64,000 bases of DNA from Nemertoderma westbladi. Its lineage: Eukaryota; Animalia; Xenacoelomorpha. Numbering within the stretch: the first letter of the stretch is position 1; every line of letters begins with the position of its first letter. Positions 13,388 through 27,453 of this stretch are shown here, piece after piece. The translations under genes and the position numbers were made by a program. The stretch covers positions 9,927 to 73,926 of the forward strand of contig JAUCBJ010006822.1 in the NCBI GenBank assembly GCA_032718475.1, in the 5' to 3' direction. The notes beneath the pieces were generated by a model. It saw only the letters and a program-made list of their open reading frames with translations, made no database searches and was not told the DNA's origin.

Positions 13388-14752
13388 CAAGGCTTAATAT
13401 AAATCGATGAGGTTGCCAAGATTATTGTACTTAGTACACCCATACTGTTTGTTTAGGCCCTGCACTCTCTGTCAAAGCAAATATTAACTGGTTGATTTAG
13501 TTTGTGGTTCTACACAGGCTTAGTATAAATCGATGAGGCTGCCAACTGGTTGGTTTAGTTTGCAATCTATTACCGCCTCAGCTGAATAACTCTACCCCCT
13601 GCTGAATGACTATTAGGTATACAGTGTATCGGCTACATTAATGCCAACATTAATACTGTGGAGGCTGTATGCTTATAAGGTGGAATGTTTACTCAGCCTT
13701 ATACTGATACTCTGTAAGGCTAAGACTAACATTATAGTTTGAAATATAAAAATCACTTCTTGGCTACATTAATGCCAACATTATTGCAAAGTGTTTTATT
13801 GTTGGATTACTCTCTGTCAGTCTCCCCTTCAGAACATTGTATTGGGAATTTACTTTAGTTTACTCTACTGTGCCATTCAGCTGAATGGATTTGAGCGATT
13901 GCCAAGTTACAGAGTTGGATCATTCTCTGACCATATGCAAAGACATGAAATCTTTTTAAAAATATACTTTTTCAATGTTTTTTTTTCTGACCTAAAATTT
14001 CAAAAAAAAAATTTTCGTAGCCAGTACTGCCAATCGATTCGCCATCAAAAATAACGCAAAAAATTTTTTTTGCAAAATTTTAAATTACTGTAAATTTTTG
14101 GCGACTGGGGGGGGTCAATTTTTTTCGATCCGCTATAACTCCGGAACGCTTTGTCCAAATTCGATGGGGTTTTCATTTTTCAACTTAATTCGATGTCCTC
14201 TTTCAGCCTATCCATGTTTCGAAACCCCAAACAGCGCCTTTTCAAAAATTAATTTTTTCTAGTTCTAGAATTTTACAAATTTCAAAAAAGTTGCAGTATT
14301 TTATTAACGCCTTTACGGAATTCGATAACGTTTTCGATTTTTATATTAAACGCAATATCCTGAATCTCAATAGCCTAGTTTCGCGTCACCAATGCCAAGA
14401 TTTCATACTTTTTGAGGAAAATTTTTCTAGATTAATATTTATTTAATTACATTTATCGCGATTTCTTATTACTGGTTGCACATGAACTGATGGAGTTTTC
14501 AATTTATTAACCAAACACGATATCGCGCATCGCACCAGCGTGGTTTCGAAATTCCAAAACGAGGTCTTCACTAGTTGCAGGTCGATTTTGTTCTAGAATT
14601 GAGCAACTAATAATAGATCAAATTTATTAATAATTATTGTATGAAATATGATTGTATTTTTACATAATTATTAGTTCTATACTAATTCTCGTTGTCTCTT
14701 TTATTTAAAATAAAAAGTCGGTTCCTTATCGGGCCGCTAGGCCCGTCACTAG

Positions 14753-16256
14753 TTAGGAACCGAGAGGTTCATTACTGTAAGAATTGTTGGCTGATTGATT
14801 GACTGGCTGGCTGACTGACTGGCTGATCTACAGCCAAAACTACTCTAACGATTTTGATGAAATTTTCACAGTGGCTTGATACCGCGATTCTAAGGTCCCT
14901 GGTATGTTCCGCTATTTCGTCCATGAGCCGTGGGCTCGAAAAATAGACATAAACGAAAAAACGCCATAGGCGCAATGGTAAAATAACACCAATGACAGCT
15001 GGTGTCATGATGAAAAATGACTTATGTAATGCATTTCTACAGAAGGCTTAGTATAAATCGATGAGGTTGCCAAGATTATTGTACTTAGTACACCCATACT
15101 GTTTGTTTAGGCCCTGCCAAAGCAAATATAAACTGGTTGGTTTAGTTTGAAATCTATTATTGCCTCAGCTGAATAACTCTTCCCAATGCATTCTAGTTGA
15201 GTATCCAAGTTTCTCCCTCTGCTAATGTAAGCTGAATGACGGTTTAGTACACAGTGTGTTGGCTACATTAATGCCAACATTCTTGCAAAATGTTTTATTG
15301 TTGGATTACTCTCTGTCAGTCTCCCCTTCAGAACATTGTATAGGGAATTTACTTTAGTTTACTCTACTGTGCCATTCAGCTGAATGGATTTGAGCGATTG
15401 CCAAGTTACAGAGTTGGATCATTCTCTGACCATAGGCAAAGACATCAAATCTTGTTAAAAATATACTTTTTCCATGTTTTTTTTTCTGACCAAAAATTAA
15501 AAAAAAATTTTTTCGTAGCCAGTACTGCCAATCGATTCGCCATCAAAAATAACGCCAAAAAATTTTTTGCAAAATTTTAAATTACTGTAAATTTTTGGTG
15601 GCGACTGGGGGGGGGGGGTCAATTTTTTTCGATCCGCTATAACTCCGGAACGCTTTGTCCAAATTCGATGGGGTTTTCATTTTTCAACTTAATTCGATGT
15701 CCTCTTTCAGCCTATCCATGTTTCGAAACCCCAAACAGCGCCGTTCAAAAATTAATTTTTTCTAGTTCTAGAATTTTACAAATTTCAAAAAAGTTGCAGT
15801 ATTTTATTAACGCCTTTACGGAATTCGATAGCGTTTTCGATTTTTATATTAAACGCAATATCCTGAATCTCACTAGCCTAGTTTCGCGCTCACCAATGCC
15901 AAGACTTCATACTTTTTGAGGAAAATTTTTCTAGAATAATTTTTATTTAATTACATTTATCGCGATTTCTTATTACTGGTTGCACATGAATTGATGGAGT
16001 TTTCAATTTATTAACTAAACACGATATCGCGCATCGCACCAGCGTGGTTTCGAAATTCCAAAACGAGGTCTTCACTAGTTGCAGGTCGATTTTGTTCTAG
16101 AATTGAGCAACTAATAATAGATCGAATTTATTAATAATTATTGTATGAAATATGATTGTATTTTTACATAATTATTAGTTCTATACTAATTCTCGTTGTC
16201 TCTTTTATTTAAAATAAAAAGTCGGTTCCTTATCGGGCCGCTAGGCCCGTCACTAG
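14753..16256 (+). mobile_element. Unit 12: family-1 ~1.5 kb HINE
   Basis: Family-1 ends. Confidence 0.85.
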
Positions 16257-17743
16257 TTAGCAAGTCGTTAGACTTGATTACTGTAAGAATTGTTAGCTGA
16301 CTGACTGACTGGCTGACTGACTGGCTGGCTGATCTACAGCCAAAACTGCTCTAACGATTTTGATGAAATTTTCACAGCATCTAGATACCGCGATTCTAAG
16401 GTCCCTGGCATGATCGGCTACTCCGTCCATAGCCTCTGGGCTCGAAAAATAGAGATAAACGAAAAAAACGCCATAGGCGCAATGGTAAAATAACACCCAT
16501 GACAGCTGGTGTCCTGATGAAAAATGGCTTATGTAATGCATTTCTACACAAGGCTTAGTATAAATCGATGAGGTTGCCAAGAGTATTGTACTTAGTACAC
16601 CCATACTGTTTGTTTAGGCCCTGCACTCTCTGTCAAAGCAAATATTAACTGGTTGATTTAGTTTGTGGTTCTACACAGGCTTAGTATAAATCGATGAGGC
16701 TGCCAACTGGTTGGTTTAGTTTGCAATCTATTACCGCCTCAGCTGAATAACTCTTCCCCCTGCTGAATGACTATTAGGTATACAGTGTATCGGCTACATT
16801 AATGCCAACATTAATACTGTGGAGGCTGTATGCTTATAAGGTGGAATGTTTACTCAGCCTTATACTGATACTCTGTAAGGCTAAGACTAACATTATAGTT
16901 TGAAATATAAAAATCACTTCTTATTATCTGTATTGGGTTAATAATCACTGTGGCATTCAAAATGTTTTATAGGTGATTGACATTTAGTGCAAGCTGAATG
17001 ACTGTTAGTTACAGAGTACTACTGCACTGTATTTTATTTTTAAATCTTTCGTCCAACATTAATACTTTGGAGGTTGTATGCTTATAAGGCGAATGTTTAC
17101 TCAGCTTCATACTGATACACTGTAAGGCTAACACTAACGTTATAGTTTAAAACATAAAAATCACTGCTTATTATCTGTATCAGGTTACACACTGTGGCAT
17201 TCAAAATGTTTAAATGTTTTATAGGTGATTGATATTTAGTGCAAGCTGAATGACTGTAGGTTACAGAGTACTATTGCACTGTATTTTATTTTTAAATCTT
17301 TTGGCCAACATTAATACTGTGGAGGCTGTATGCTTATAAGGCGGAATGTTTACTCAGCCTCATACTGATACTCTGTAAGGCTTACACTAACATTATAGTT
17401 TGAAATATAAAAATAACTGCTTATTATCTGTATTGGGTTAATCACTGTGGCATTCAAAATGTTTTGTTAGGTGAATGACATTTAGTGGCTAAGATTATTC
17501 TCTGTCAGATTCCCTTCACACCATAGGCAAACATTGTTGAGGCTGAGGGAATTTACTTTAGTTTACTCTACTGAGTCATTCAGCTGAATGGATTTGAGCA
17601 ATTGCCAAATTACAGAGTGGGATCTCTCTCTGACCATAGGTAAATAACACTTCCCTTCTGAACATAGGTAAACATTGTTGAGGGAACTTACCTTTGATTG
17701 ACGACTTCCGACTTGCTTAACGGCGTCTTGACGCCGTCTCTAG
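16257..17743 (+). mobile_element. Unit 13: family-2 long HINE
   Basis: Family-2 ends; ~250-bp internal tandem repeats. Confidence 0.85.
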
Positions 17744-19229
17744 TTAGGAACCGAGAGGTTCATTACTGTAAGAATTGCTCGTGGCTGACTGGCTGACTGG
17801 CTGGCTGATCTACAGCCAAAACTACTCTAACGATTTTGATGAAATTTTCACAGCATCTAGATACCGCGATTCTAAGGTCCCTGGCATGATCGGCTACTCC
17901 GTCCATAGCCTCTGGGCTCGAAAAATAGAGATAAACGAAAAAACGCCATAGGCGCAATAGTAAAATAACACCAATGACAGCTGGTGTCCTGATGAAAAAT
18001 GGCTTATGTAATGCATTTCTACACAAGGCTTAGTATAAATCGATGAGGTTGCCAAGATTATTATACTCAGTACACCCATACTGTTTGTATAGGCCACCAC
18101 TCTCTGTCAAAGCAAACATTAACTCGTTGGTTTAGTTTGAAATCTAATATCGCCTCAGCTGAATTACTCTTCCCAATGCGTTCTATGGGAATATCTCACT
18201 CTGCTAATGTAAGCTGAATGACTTAAGTACACAGTGCGTTGGCTACATTAATGCCAACATTATTGCAAAATGTTTTATTGTTGGAATACTCTCTGTCAGT
18301 CTCCCCTTCAGAACATTGTATAGGGAATTTACTTTAGTTTACTCTACTGTGCCATTCAGCTGAATGGATTTGAGCGATTGCCAAGTACAGAGTTGGATCA
18401 TTCTCTGACCATAGGCAAAGACATCAAATCTTTTTAAAAATATACTTTTTCCATGTTTTTTTTTCTGACCAAAAATTTCAAAAAAAAATTTTCGTAGCCA
18501 GTACTGCCAATCGATTCGCCATCAAAAATAACGCAAAAAATTTTTTTTGCAAAATTTTAAATTACTGTAAATTTTTGGCGACTGGGGGGGGTAAATTTTT
18601 TTCGATCCGCTATAACTCCTGAACGCTTTGTCCAAATTCGATGGGGTTTTCATTTTTAAACTTAATTCGATGTCCTCTTTCAGCCTATCCATGTTTCGAA
18701 ACCCCAAACAGCGCCGTTCAAAAATTAATTTTTTCTAGTTCTAGAATTTTACAAATTTCAAAAAAGTTGCAGTATTTTATTAACGCCTTTACGGAATTCG
18801 ATAGCGTTTTCGATTTTTATATTAAACGCAATATCCTGAATCTCACTAGCCTAGTTTCGCGTCACCAATGCCAAGACTTCATACTTTTTGAGGAAAATTT
18901 TTCTAGAATAATTTTTATTTAATTACATTTATCGCGATTTCTTATTACTGGTTGCACATGAATTGATGGAGTTTTCAATTTATTAACTAAACACGATATC
19001 GCGCATCGCACCAGCGTGGTTTCGAAATTCCAAAACGAGGTCTTCACTAGTTGCAGGTCGATTTTGTTCTAGAATTGAGCAACTAATAATAGATCGAATT
19101 TATTAATAATTATTGTATGAAATATGATTGTATTTTTACATAATTATTAGTTCTATACTAATTCTCGTTGTCTCTTTTATATTAAAATAAAAAGTCGGTT
19201 CCTTATCGGGCCGCTAGGCCCGTCACTAG
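17744..19229 (+). mobile_element. Unit 14: family-1 ~1.5 kb HINE
   Basis: Family-1 ends. Confidence 0.85.
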
Positions 19230-21440
19230 TTAGGAACCGAGAGGTTCATTACTGTAAGAATTGCTCGAGACTGGCTGGCTGGACTGACTGACTGACTGAC
19301 TGATCTACAGCCAAAACTACTCTAACGATTTTGATGAAATTTTCACAGCGGCTAGATACCGCGATTCTAAGGTCCCTGGTATGTTCCGCTATTTCGTCCA
19401 TGAGCCGTGGGCTCGAAAAATAGACATAAACGAAAAAACGCCATAGGCGCAATGATAAAAACACCAGCTGGCACTCATGAAAAATGGATAGAGATGGCCT
19501 AGTAATGCTATTCTATAGGAATGGCCACCTAACAAGGAAATGCTTTCTGTGCCAAGTATTATCCTCACTCTACAACTCAGACAGTGAGCAAACATAAGCT
19601 GTGGGCTTCTAATGTATTACATCATAAGCTGATTGCTCTCCCAATAGCCCTCACACACTCACTGAATCGAATGAAATCGAATATCTATTAGCTTAATGCG
19701 AATAGCTGGTAAGCTGAATGCCATTTTAGTTATTGTGTACTGTTGACTGTAGAGTTGACTGCCATGTTGTATGTATTTAATTAAAATAATTTTCGTAGAG
19801 GGAAGTTAATTTGGGATTACTCTCTATCAGATGTAAGCAATGGGGTGGGTCATGGGACCCAAATATAGTACATTATGCATATGCAGGGCAAACATTAATA
19901 AAATCATTCAGTCAACCTGAAGGGTATTTGCTTTAGTTAACTACTGTGTGAAAAGCGAATTTATGATGTTACCCATACTTCAGGTAAATGAATTTTTAGA
20001 TATTTTGTACTGAAGGCAAGGATTTCTGATATAATTAAAATACAAGACAGGGGCTTGTTTCGATATATGTAGTTGCGCCCTTCGAGCAACACGTGAGTTA
20101 ATCAAATATTAGACACAATGTTTGAGTTGTCCCTTCGAGCAGCACGTGAGTTTGGCTTTGACCCTTCGATATATGTATTTGCGCCCTTCGAGCAGCACGT
20201 GAGTTACATCAAATAATAGACACACTGTTTGACTTTGTCCCTTCGAGCAGCACGTGAGTTTTGCTTTGACCCTTGATATATGATGTTGTGCCCTTCGAGC
20301 AGCACGTGAGTTACATCAAATAATAGACACACTGTTTGACTTTGTCCCTTCGAGCAGCACGTGAGTTTGGCTTTGACCCTTCCAGCAGCATGTGTCAATC
20401 GAGCCGAATCATACCGATCGAGCCGAATAGAACCAATCGAGGCGATCAAGCCGAGTCGAGCCCAATCGAGCCGAACGGAGCCGAGTTGAGCCCAATCAAG
20501 CCGAGCGAGCCAGACTGAGCCGATTCAAGCCCAATCGAGTCGAGTCGAGCCCAATAGAGCCGAGTCGAGCCCAATCAATCCTAGTCGAGCCCAATTGAGC
20601 CGGACTGGGCCAAGTCGAGCCCAATCGAGCCAGACTGTGCCAAGTTGAGCCAAATCGAACCGGGTCAAGCCCAATCAATCCCAATCGAGCCGAGTTGAGC
20701 GGATTGAGCCGAATCGAGCCCAATTGAGCCAAGTCGAGCCGGACCGAGCCAAGTCGAACCGAATCGAGCCGATTGAGCCGAATCGAGCTGAGTCGACTCA
20801 GACCGAGCTGAGCCGAAACCAATCGAGCCGAGTCGAGCCGTGACATGCCAAATTGAGCCGGACTGAGTCGAGTCAAGACCAATCAAGCCGAGTCGAGCCC
20901 AATCGATCCGGACGGAGCCGAGTTGAGCCTAATCAAGCCGAGTCGAGCCCGACTGAGCCGAGTTAAGCCCAATCGAACCGAGTCGAGCCCAATAGAGCCG
21001 AGTAGAGCCCAATCAAGCCTAGTCGAGCCCAATTGAGCCGGACCAAGCCCAGTCGAGCCGGACTGAGCCAAGTTGAGCCAAATCGAGCCGAGTCAAGCCC
21101 AATTAATCCCAATCGAGCCGATTCAAGCCCAATCGAGCCGAGTCGAGACCAATCGAGCCCAATCGAGCCGATTCAAGCCCAATCGAGCCGAGTCGAGACC
21201 AATCGAGCCGAGTCGAGCCCAATTGAGCCAAGTCAAGCCGAACCAAGCCGAGTCGAACCCAATCAAGCCGATTGAGCCGAATCGAGCTGAGTCGAGTCGA
21301 GCCCAATCGAGCCAAACCGAGCCGATCAAGCCAAGTCGAACTGAATCGAGCCCAATCATGCCAGACCGAGCCGAGCTCGTTGTCTCCTTTATTTGAAATA
21401 AAAAGTCGGTTCCTTATCGGGCCGCTAGGCCCGTCACTAG
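19230..21440 (+). mobile_element. Unit 15: family-1 HINE, unit-5 type, with degenerate pentamer satellite
   Basis: Family-1 ends; internal sequence homologous to unit 5. Confidence 0.85.
20396..21378 (+). repeat. Degenerate pentamer satellite (GAGCC/CAATC/GAGTC, e.g. AATCGAGCCGAGTCGAGCCC)
   Basis: 5-bp periodicity with mixed monomers, directly visible. Confidence 0.92.
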
Positions 21441-22935
21441 TTAGGAACCGAGAGGTTCATTACTGTAAGAATTGCTCGAGACTGGCTGGCTGACTGACTG
21501 ACTGATCTACAGCCAAAACTACTCTAACGATTTTGATGAAATTTTCACAGCGGCTAGATACCGCGATTCTAAGGTCCCTGGTATGTTCCGCTATTTCGTC
21601 CATGAGCCGTGGGCTCGAAAAATAGACATAAACGAAAAAACGCCATAGGCGCAATGGTAAAATAACACCAATAACAGCTGGTGTCGTGATGAAAAATGGC
21701 TTATGTAATGCATTTCTACAGAAGGCTTAGTAATAAATCGATGAGGTTGCCAAGATTATTATACTCAGTACACCCATACTGTTTGTATAGGCCACCACTC
21801 TCTGTCAAAGCAAACATTATTAACTGGTTGGTTTAGTTTGAAATCTAATATCGCCTCAGCTGAATTACTCTTCCCAATGCCATCTATGGGAATATCTCAC
21901 TCTGCTAATGTAAGCTGAATGACTGTTACGTACACAGTGAGTTGGCTACATTAATGCCAACATTATTGCAAAATGTTTTATTGTTGGATTACTCTCTGTC
22001 AGTCATCCCCTTCAGAACATTGTATAGGGAATTTACTTTAGTTTACTCTACTGTGCCATTCAGCTGAATGGATTTGAGCGATTGCCAAGTTACAGAGTTG
22101 GATCATTCTCTGACCATAGGCAAAGACATCAAATCTTTTTAAAAATATACTTTTTCCATGTTTTTTTTTCTGACCAAAAATTTCAAAAAAAAATTTTTCG
22201 TAGCCAGTACTGCCAATCGATTCGCCATCAAAAATAACGCAAAAAATTTTTTTTGCAAAATTTTAAATTACTGTAAATTTTTGGCGACTGGGGGGGGGTC
22301 AATTTTTTTCGATCCGCTATAACTCCGGAACGCTTTGTCCAAATTCGATGGGGTTTTCATTTTTCAACTTAATTAGATGTCCTCTTTCAGCCTATCCATG
22401 TTTCCAAACCCCAAACAGCGCCGTTCAAAAATTAATTTTTTCCAGTTCTAGAATTTTACAAATTTCAAAAAAGTTGCAGTATTTTATTAACGCCTTTACG
22501 GAATTCGATAGCGTTTTCGATTTTTATATTAAACGCAATATCCTGAATCTCACTAGCCTAGTTTCGCGTCACCAACGCCAAGACTTCATACTTTTTGAGG
22601 AAAATTTTTCTAGAATAATTTTTATTTAATTACATTTATCGCGATTTCTTATTACTGGTTGCACATGAATTGATGGAGTTTTCAATTTATTAACTAAACA
22701 CGATATCGCGCATCGCACCAGCGTGGTTTCGAAATTCCAAAACGAGGTCTTCACTAGTTGCAGGTCGATTTTGTTCTAGAATTGAGCAACTAATAATAGA
22801 TCGAATTTATTAATAATTATTGTATGAAATATGATTGTATTTTTACATAATTATTAGTTCTATACTAATTCTCGTTGTCTCTTTTATTTAAAATAAAAAG
22901 TCGGTTCCTTATCGGGCCGCTAGGCCCGTCACTAG
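21441..22935 (+). mobile_element. Unit 16: family-1 ~1.5 kb HINE
   Basis: Family-1 ends. Confidence 0.85.
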
Positions 22936-25900
22936 TTAGGAACCGAGAGGTTCATTACTGTAAGAATTGCTCGTGACTGACTGACTGACTGGCTGGCTGA
23001 GCTGATCTACAGCCAAAACTACTCTAACGATTTTGATGAAATTTTCACAGCGGCTAGATACCGCGATTCTAAGGTCCCTGGTATGTTCCGCTATTTCGTC
23101 CATGAGCCGTGGGCTCGAAAAATGGACATAAACGAAAAAACGCCATAGGCGCAATGGTAAAATAACACCAATAACAGCTGGTGTCGTGATGAAAAATGGC
23201 TTATGTAATGGATTTCTACACAAGGCTTAGTAACTAGAGACGGCGTCAAGACGCCGTTAAGCAAGTCGGAAGTCGTCAATCAAAGGTAAGTTCCCTCAAC
23301 AATGTTTACCTTTGTTCAGAAGGGAAGTGTTATTTATCTATGGTCAGAGAGAGATCCCACTCTGTAATTTGGCAATTGCTCAAATCCATTCAGCTGAATG
23401 ACTCAGTAGAGTAAACTAAAGTAAATTCCCTCAGCCTCAACAATGTTTGCCTATGGTGTGAAGGGAATCTGACAGAGAATAATCTTAGCCACTAAATGTC
23501 ATTCACCTAACAAAACATTTTGAATGCCACAGTGATTAACCCAATACAGATAATAAGCAGTTATTTTTATATTTCAAACAATAATGTTAGTGTAAGCCTT
23601 ACAGAGTATCAGTATGAGGCTGAGTAAACATTCCGCCTTATAAGCATACAGCCTCCACAGTATTAATGTTGGCCAAAAGATTTAAAAATAAAATACAGTG
23701 CAATAGTACTCTGTAACCTACAGTCATTCAGCTTGCACTAAATATCAATCACCTATAAAACATTTAAACATTTTGAATGCCACAGTATGTAACCTGATAC
23801 AGATAATAAGCAGTGATTTTTATGTGTTAAACTATAACGTTAGTGTTAGCCTTACAGTGTATCAGTATGAAGCTGAGTAAACATTCGCCTTATAAGCATA
23901 CAACCTCCAAAGTATTAATGTTGGACGAAAGATTTAAAAATAAAATAAGAGTGCAGTACTGTAGTACTCTGTAACTAACAGTCATTCAGCTTGCACTAAA
24001 TGTCAATCACCTATAAAACATTTTGAATGCCACAGTGATTATTAACCCAATACAGATAATAATAAGTGATTTTTATATTTCAAACTATAATGTTAGTCTT
24101 AACCTTACAGAGTATCAGTATAAGGCTGAGTAAACATTCCACCTTATAAGCATACAGCTTCCACTGTATTAATGTTGGCATTAATGTAGCCAATAACCTG
24201 TACCTAACAGTCATTCAGCAGGGGGAAGAGTTATTCAGCTGAGGCGGTAATAGATTGCAAACTAAACCAACCAGTTGGCAGCCTCACCGATTTATACTAA
24301 GCCTGTGTAGAACCACAAACTAAATCAACCAGTTAATATTTGCTTTGACAGAGTGTCCTAGGGCCTAAACAAACAGTATGGGTGTACTAAGTATAATAAT
24401 CTTGGCAACCTCATCGATTTATTACTAAGCCTTGTGTAGAAATGCATTACATAAGCCATTTTTCATCAGGACACCAGCTGTCATTGGTGTTATTTTACCA
24501 TTGCGCCTATGGCGTTTTTTCGTTTATCTCTATTTTTCGAGCCCAGAGGCTATGGACGGAGTAGCCGATCATGCCAGGGACCTTAGAATCGCGGTATCTA
24601 GATGCTGTGAAAATTTCATCAAAATCGTTAGAGTAGTTTTGGCTGTAGATCAGCCAGCCAGTCAGCCAGCCAGCCAGCCAGTCAGTCAGTCAACAATTCT
24701 TACAGTAATCAAGTCTAACGACTTGCTAATAAATCGATGAGGTTGCCAAGATTATTATACTTAGTATTACACCCATACTGTTTGTTTAGGCCCTGCACTC
24801 TTTGTCAAAGCAAATATTAACTGGTTGGTTTAGTTTGAAATCTATTATCGCCTCAGCTGAATTACTCTTCCCAATGCAATCTATGGGAATATCTCACTCT
24901 GCTAATGTAAGCTGAATGACTGTTACTTACACAGTGTAGTTGGCTACATTAATGCCAACATTATTGCAACATGTTTTATTGTTGGATTACTCTCTGTCAG
25001 TCTCCCCTTCAGGAACATTGTATAGGGAATTTACTTTAGTTTACTCTACTGTGCCATTCAGCTGAATGGGTTTGAGCGATTGCCAAGTTACAGAGTTGGA
25101 TCATTCTCTGACCATAGGCAAAGACATGAAATCTTTTTAAAAATATACTTTTTCCATGTTTTTTTTTCTGACCAAAAATTTCAAAAAAAAAAATTTTCGT
25201 AGCCAGTACTGCCAATCGATTCGCCATCAAAAATAACGCAAAAAATTTTTTTTGCAAAATTTTAAATTACTGTAAATTTTTGGCGACTGGGGGGGGGGTC
25301 AATTTTTTTCGATCCGCTATAACTCCGGAACGCTTTGTCCAAATTCGATGGGGTTTTCATTTTTCAACTTAATTCGATGTCCTCTTTCAGCCTATCCATG
25401 TTTCGAAACCCCAAACAGCGCCGTTCAAAAATTAATTTTTTCTAGTTCTAGAATATTACAAATTTCAAAAAAGTTGCAGTATTTTATTAACGCCTTTACG
25501 GAATTCGATAGCGTTTTCGATTTTTATATTAAACGCAATATCCTGAATCTCACGAGCCTAGTTTCGCGTCACCAATGCCAAGACTTCATACTTTTTGAGG
25601 AAAATTTTTCTAGAATAATTTTTATTTAATTACATTTATCGCGATTTCTTATTACTGGTTGCACATGAATTGATGGAGTTTTAAATTTATTAACTAAACA
25701 CGATATCGCGCATCGCACCAGCGTGGTTTCGAAATTCCAAAACAAGGTCTTCACTAGTTGCAGGTCGATTTTGTTCTAGAATTGAGCAACTTTACTTTAC
25801 TTTTACTTTTAACTAATAATGGATCGAATTTATTAATAATTATTGTACAGTATGAAATATGATTGTATTTTTAGATAATTATTAGTTCTATACTAATTCT

Positions 25901-25963
25901 CGTTGTCTCTTTTATTTAAAATAAAAAGTCGGTTCCTTATCGGGCCGCTAGGCCCGTCACTAG
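22936..25963 (+). mobile_element. Unit 17: family-1 HINE split by a nested inverted element
   Basis: Host GGCTTAGTAA|TAAATCG is restored on removing 23234-24729. Confidence 0.82.
23234..24729 (-). mobile_element. Nested inverted family-2 long HINE (1496 bp), apparent copy of unit 4
   Basis: CTAGAGACGGCGTCAAGACGCCG...CGACTTGCTAA; same length as unit 4 and shares its private variants (e.g. GAGTACTACAGTACTG). Confidence 0.87.
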
Positions 25964-27453
25964 TTAGGAACCGAGAGGTTCATTACTGTAAGAATTGCTT
26001 GTGGCTGACTGACTGACTGACTGACTGATCTACAGCCAAAACTACTCTAACGATTTTGATGAAATTTTCACAGCGGCTAGATACCGCGATTCTAAGGTCC
26101 CTGGTATGTTCCGCTATTTCGTCCATGAGCCGTGGGCTCGAAAAATAGATATAAACGAAAAAACGCCATAGGCGCAATGGTAAAATAACACCAATAACAG
26201 CTGGTGTCCTGGTGAAAAATGGCTTATGTAATGCATTTCTACACAAGGCTTAGTAATAAATCGATGAGGTTGCCAAGATTATTATACTCAGTACACCCAT
26301 ACTGTTTGTATAGGCCACCACTCTCTGTCAAAGCAAATATTAACTGGTTGGTTTAGTTTGAAATCTAATATCGCCTCAGCTGAATTACTCTTCCCAATGC
26401 ATTCTATGGGAATATCTCACTCTGCTAATGTAAGCTGAATGACTTTACGTACACAGTGTGTTGGCTACATTAATGCCAACATTATTGCAAAATGTTTTAT
26501 TGTTGGATTACTCTCTGTCAGTCTCCCCTTCAGAACATTGTATAGGGAATTTACTTTAGTTTACTCTACTGTGCCATTCAGCTGAATGGATTTGAGCGAT
26601 TGCCAAGTTACAGAGTTGGATCATTCTCTGACCATAGGCAAAGACATCAAATCTTTTTAAAAATATACTTTTTCCATGTTTTTTTTTCTGACCAAAAATT
26701 TCAAAAAAAAATTTTTCGTAGCCAGTACTGCCAATCGATTCGCCATCAAAAATAACGCAAAAAATTTTTTTTGCAAAATTTTAAATTACTGTAAATTTTT
26801 GGCGACTGGGGGGGGGTCAATTTTTTTCGATCCGCTATAACTCCGGAACGCTTTGTCCAAATTCGATGGGGTTTTCATTTTTCAACTTAATTCGATGTCC
26901 TCTTTCAGCCTATCCATGTTTCGAAACCCCAAACAGCGCCGTTCAAAAATTAATTTTTTCTAGTTCTAGAATTTTACAAATTTCAAAAAAGTTGCAGTAT
27001 TTTATTAACGCCTTTACGGAATTCGATAGCGTTTTCGATTTTTATATTAAACGCAATATCCTGAATCTCACTAGCCTAGTTTCGCGTCACCAATGCCAAG
27101 ACTTCATACTTTTTGAGGAAAATTTTTCTAGAATAATTTTTATTTAATTACATTTATCGCGATTTCTTATTACTGGTTGCACATGAATTGATGGAGTTTT
27201 CAATTTATTAACTAAACACGATATCGCGCATCGCACCAGCGTGGTTTCGAAATTCCAAAACGAGGTCTTCACTAGTTGCAGGTCGATTTTGTTCTAGAAT
27301 TGAGCAACTAATAATAGATCGAATTTATTAATAATTATTGTATGAAATATGATTGTATTTTTACATAATTATTAGTTCTATACTAATTCTCGTTGTCTCT
27401 TTTATTTAAAATAAAAAGTCGGTTCCTTATCGGGCCGCTAGGCCCGTCACTAG
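25964..27453 (+). mobile_element. Unit 18: family-1 ~1.5 kb HINE
   Basis: Family-1 ends. Confidence 0.85.

Larger units (their letters stand above)
10776..14752 (+). mobile_element. Unit 11: unit-9-type family-1 HINE, split by a nested inverted element
   Basis: Host sequence TTTCTACA|CAAGGCTT is restored on removing 11067-13387. Confidence 0.82.
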
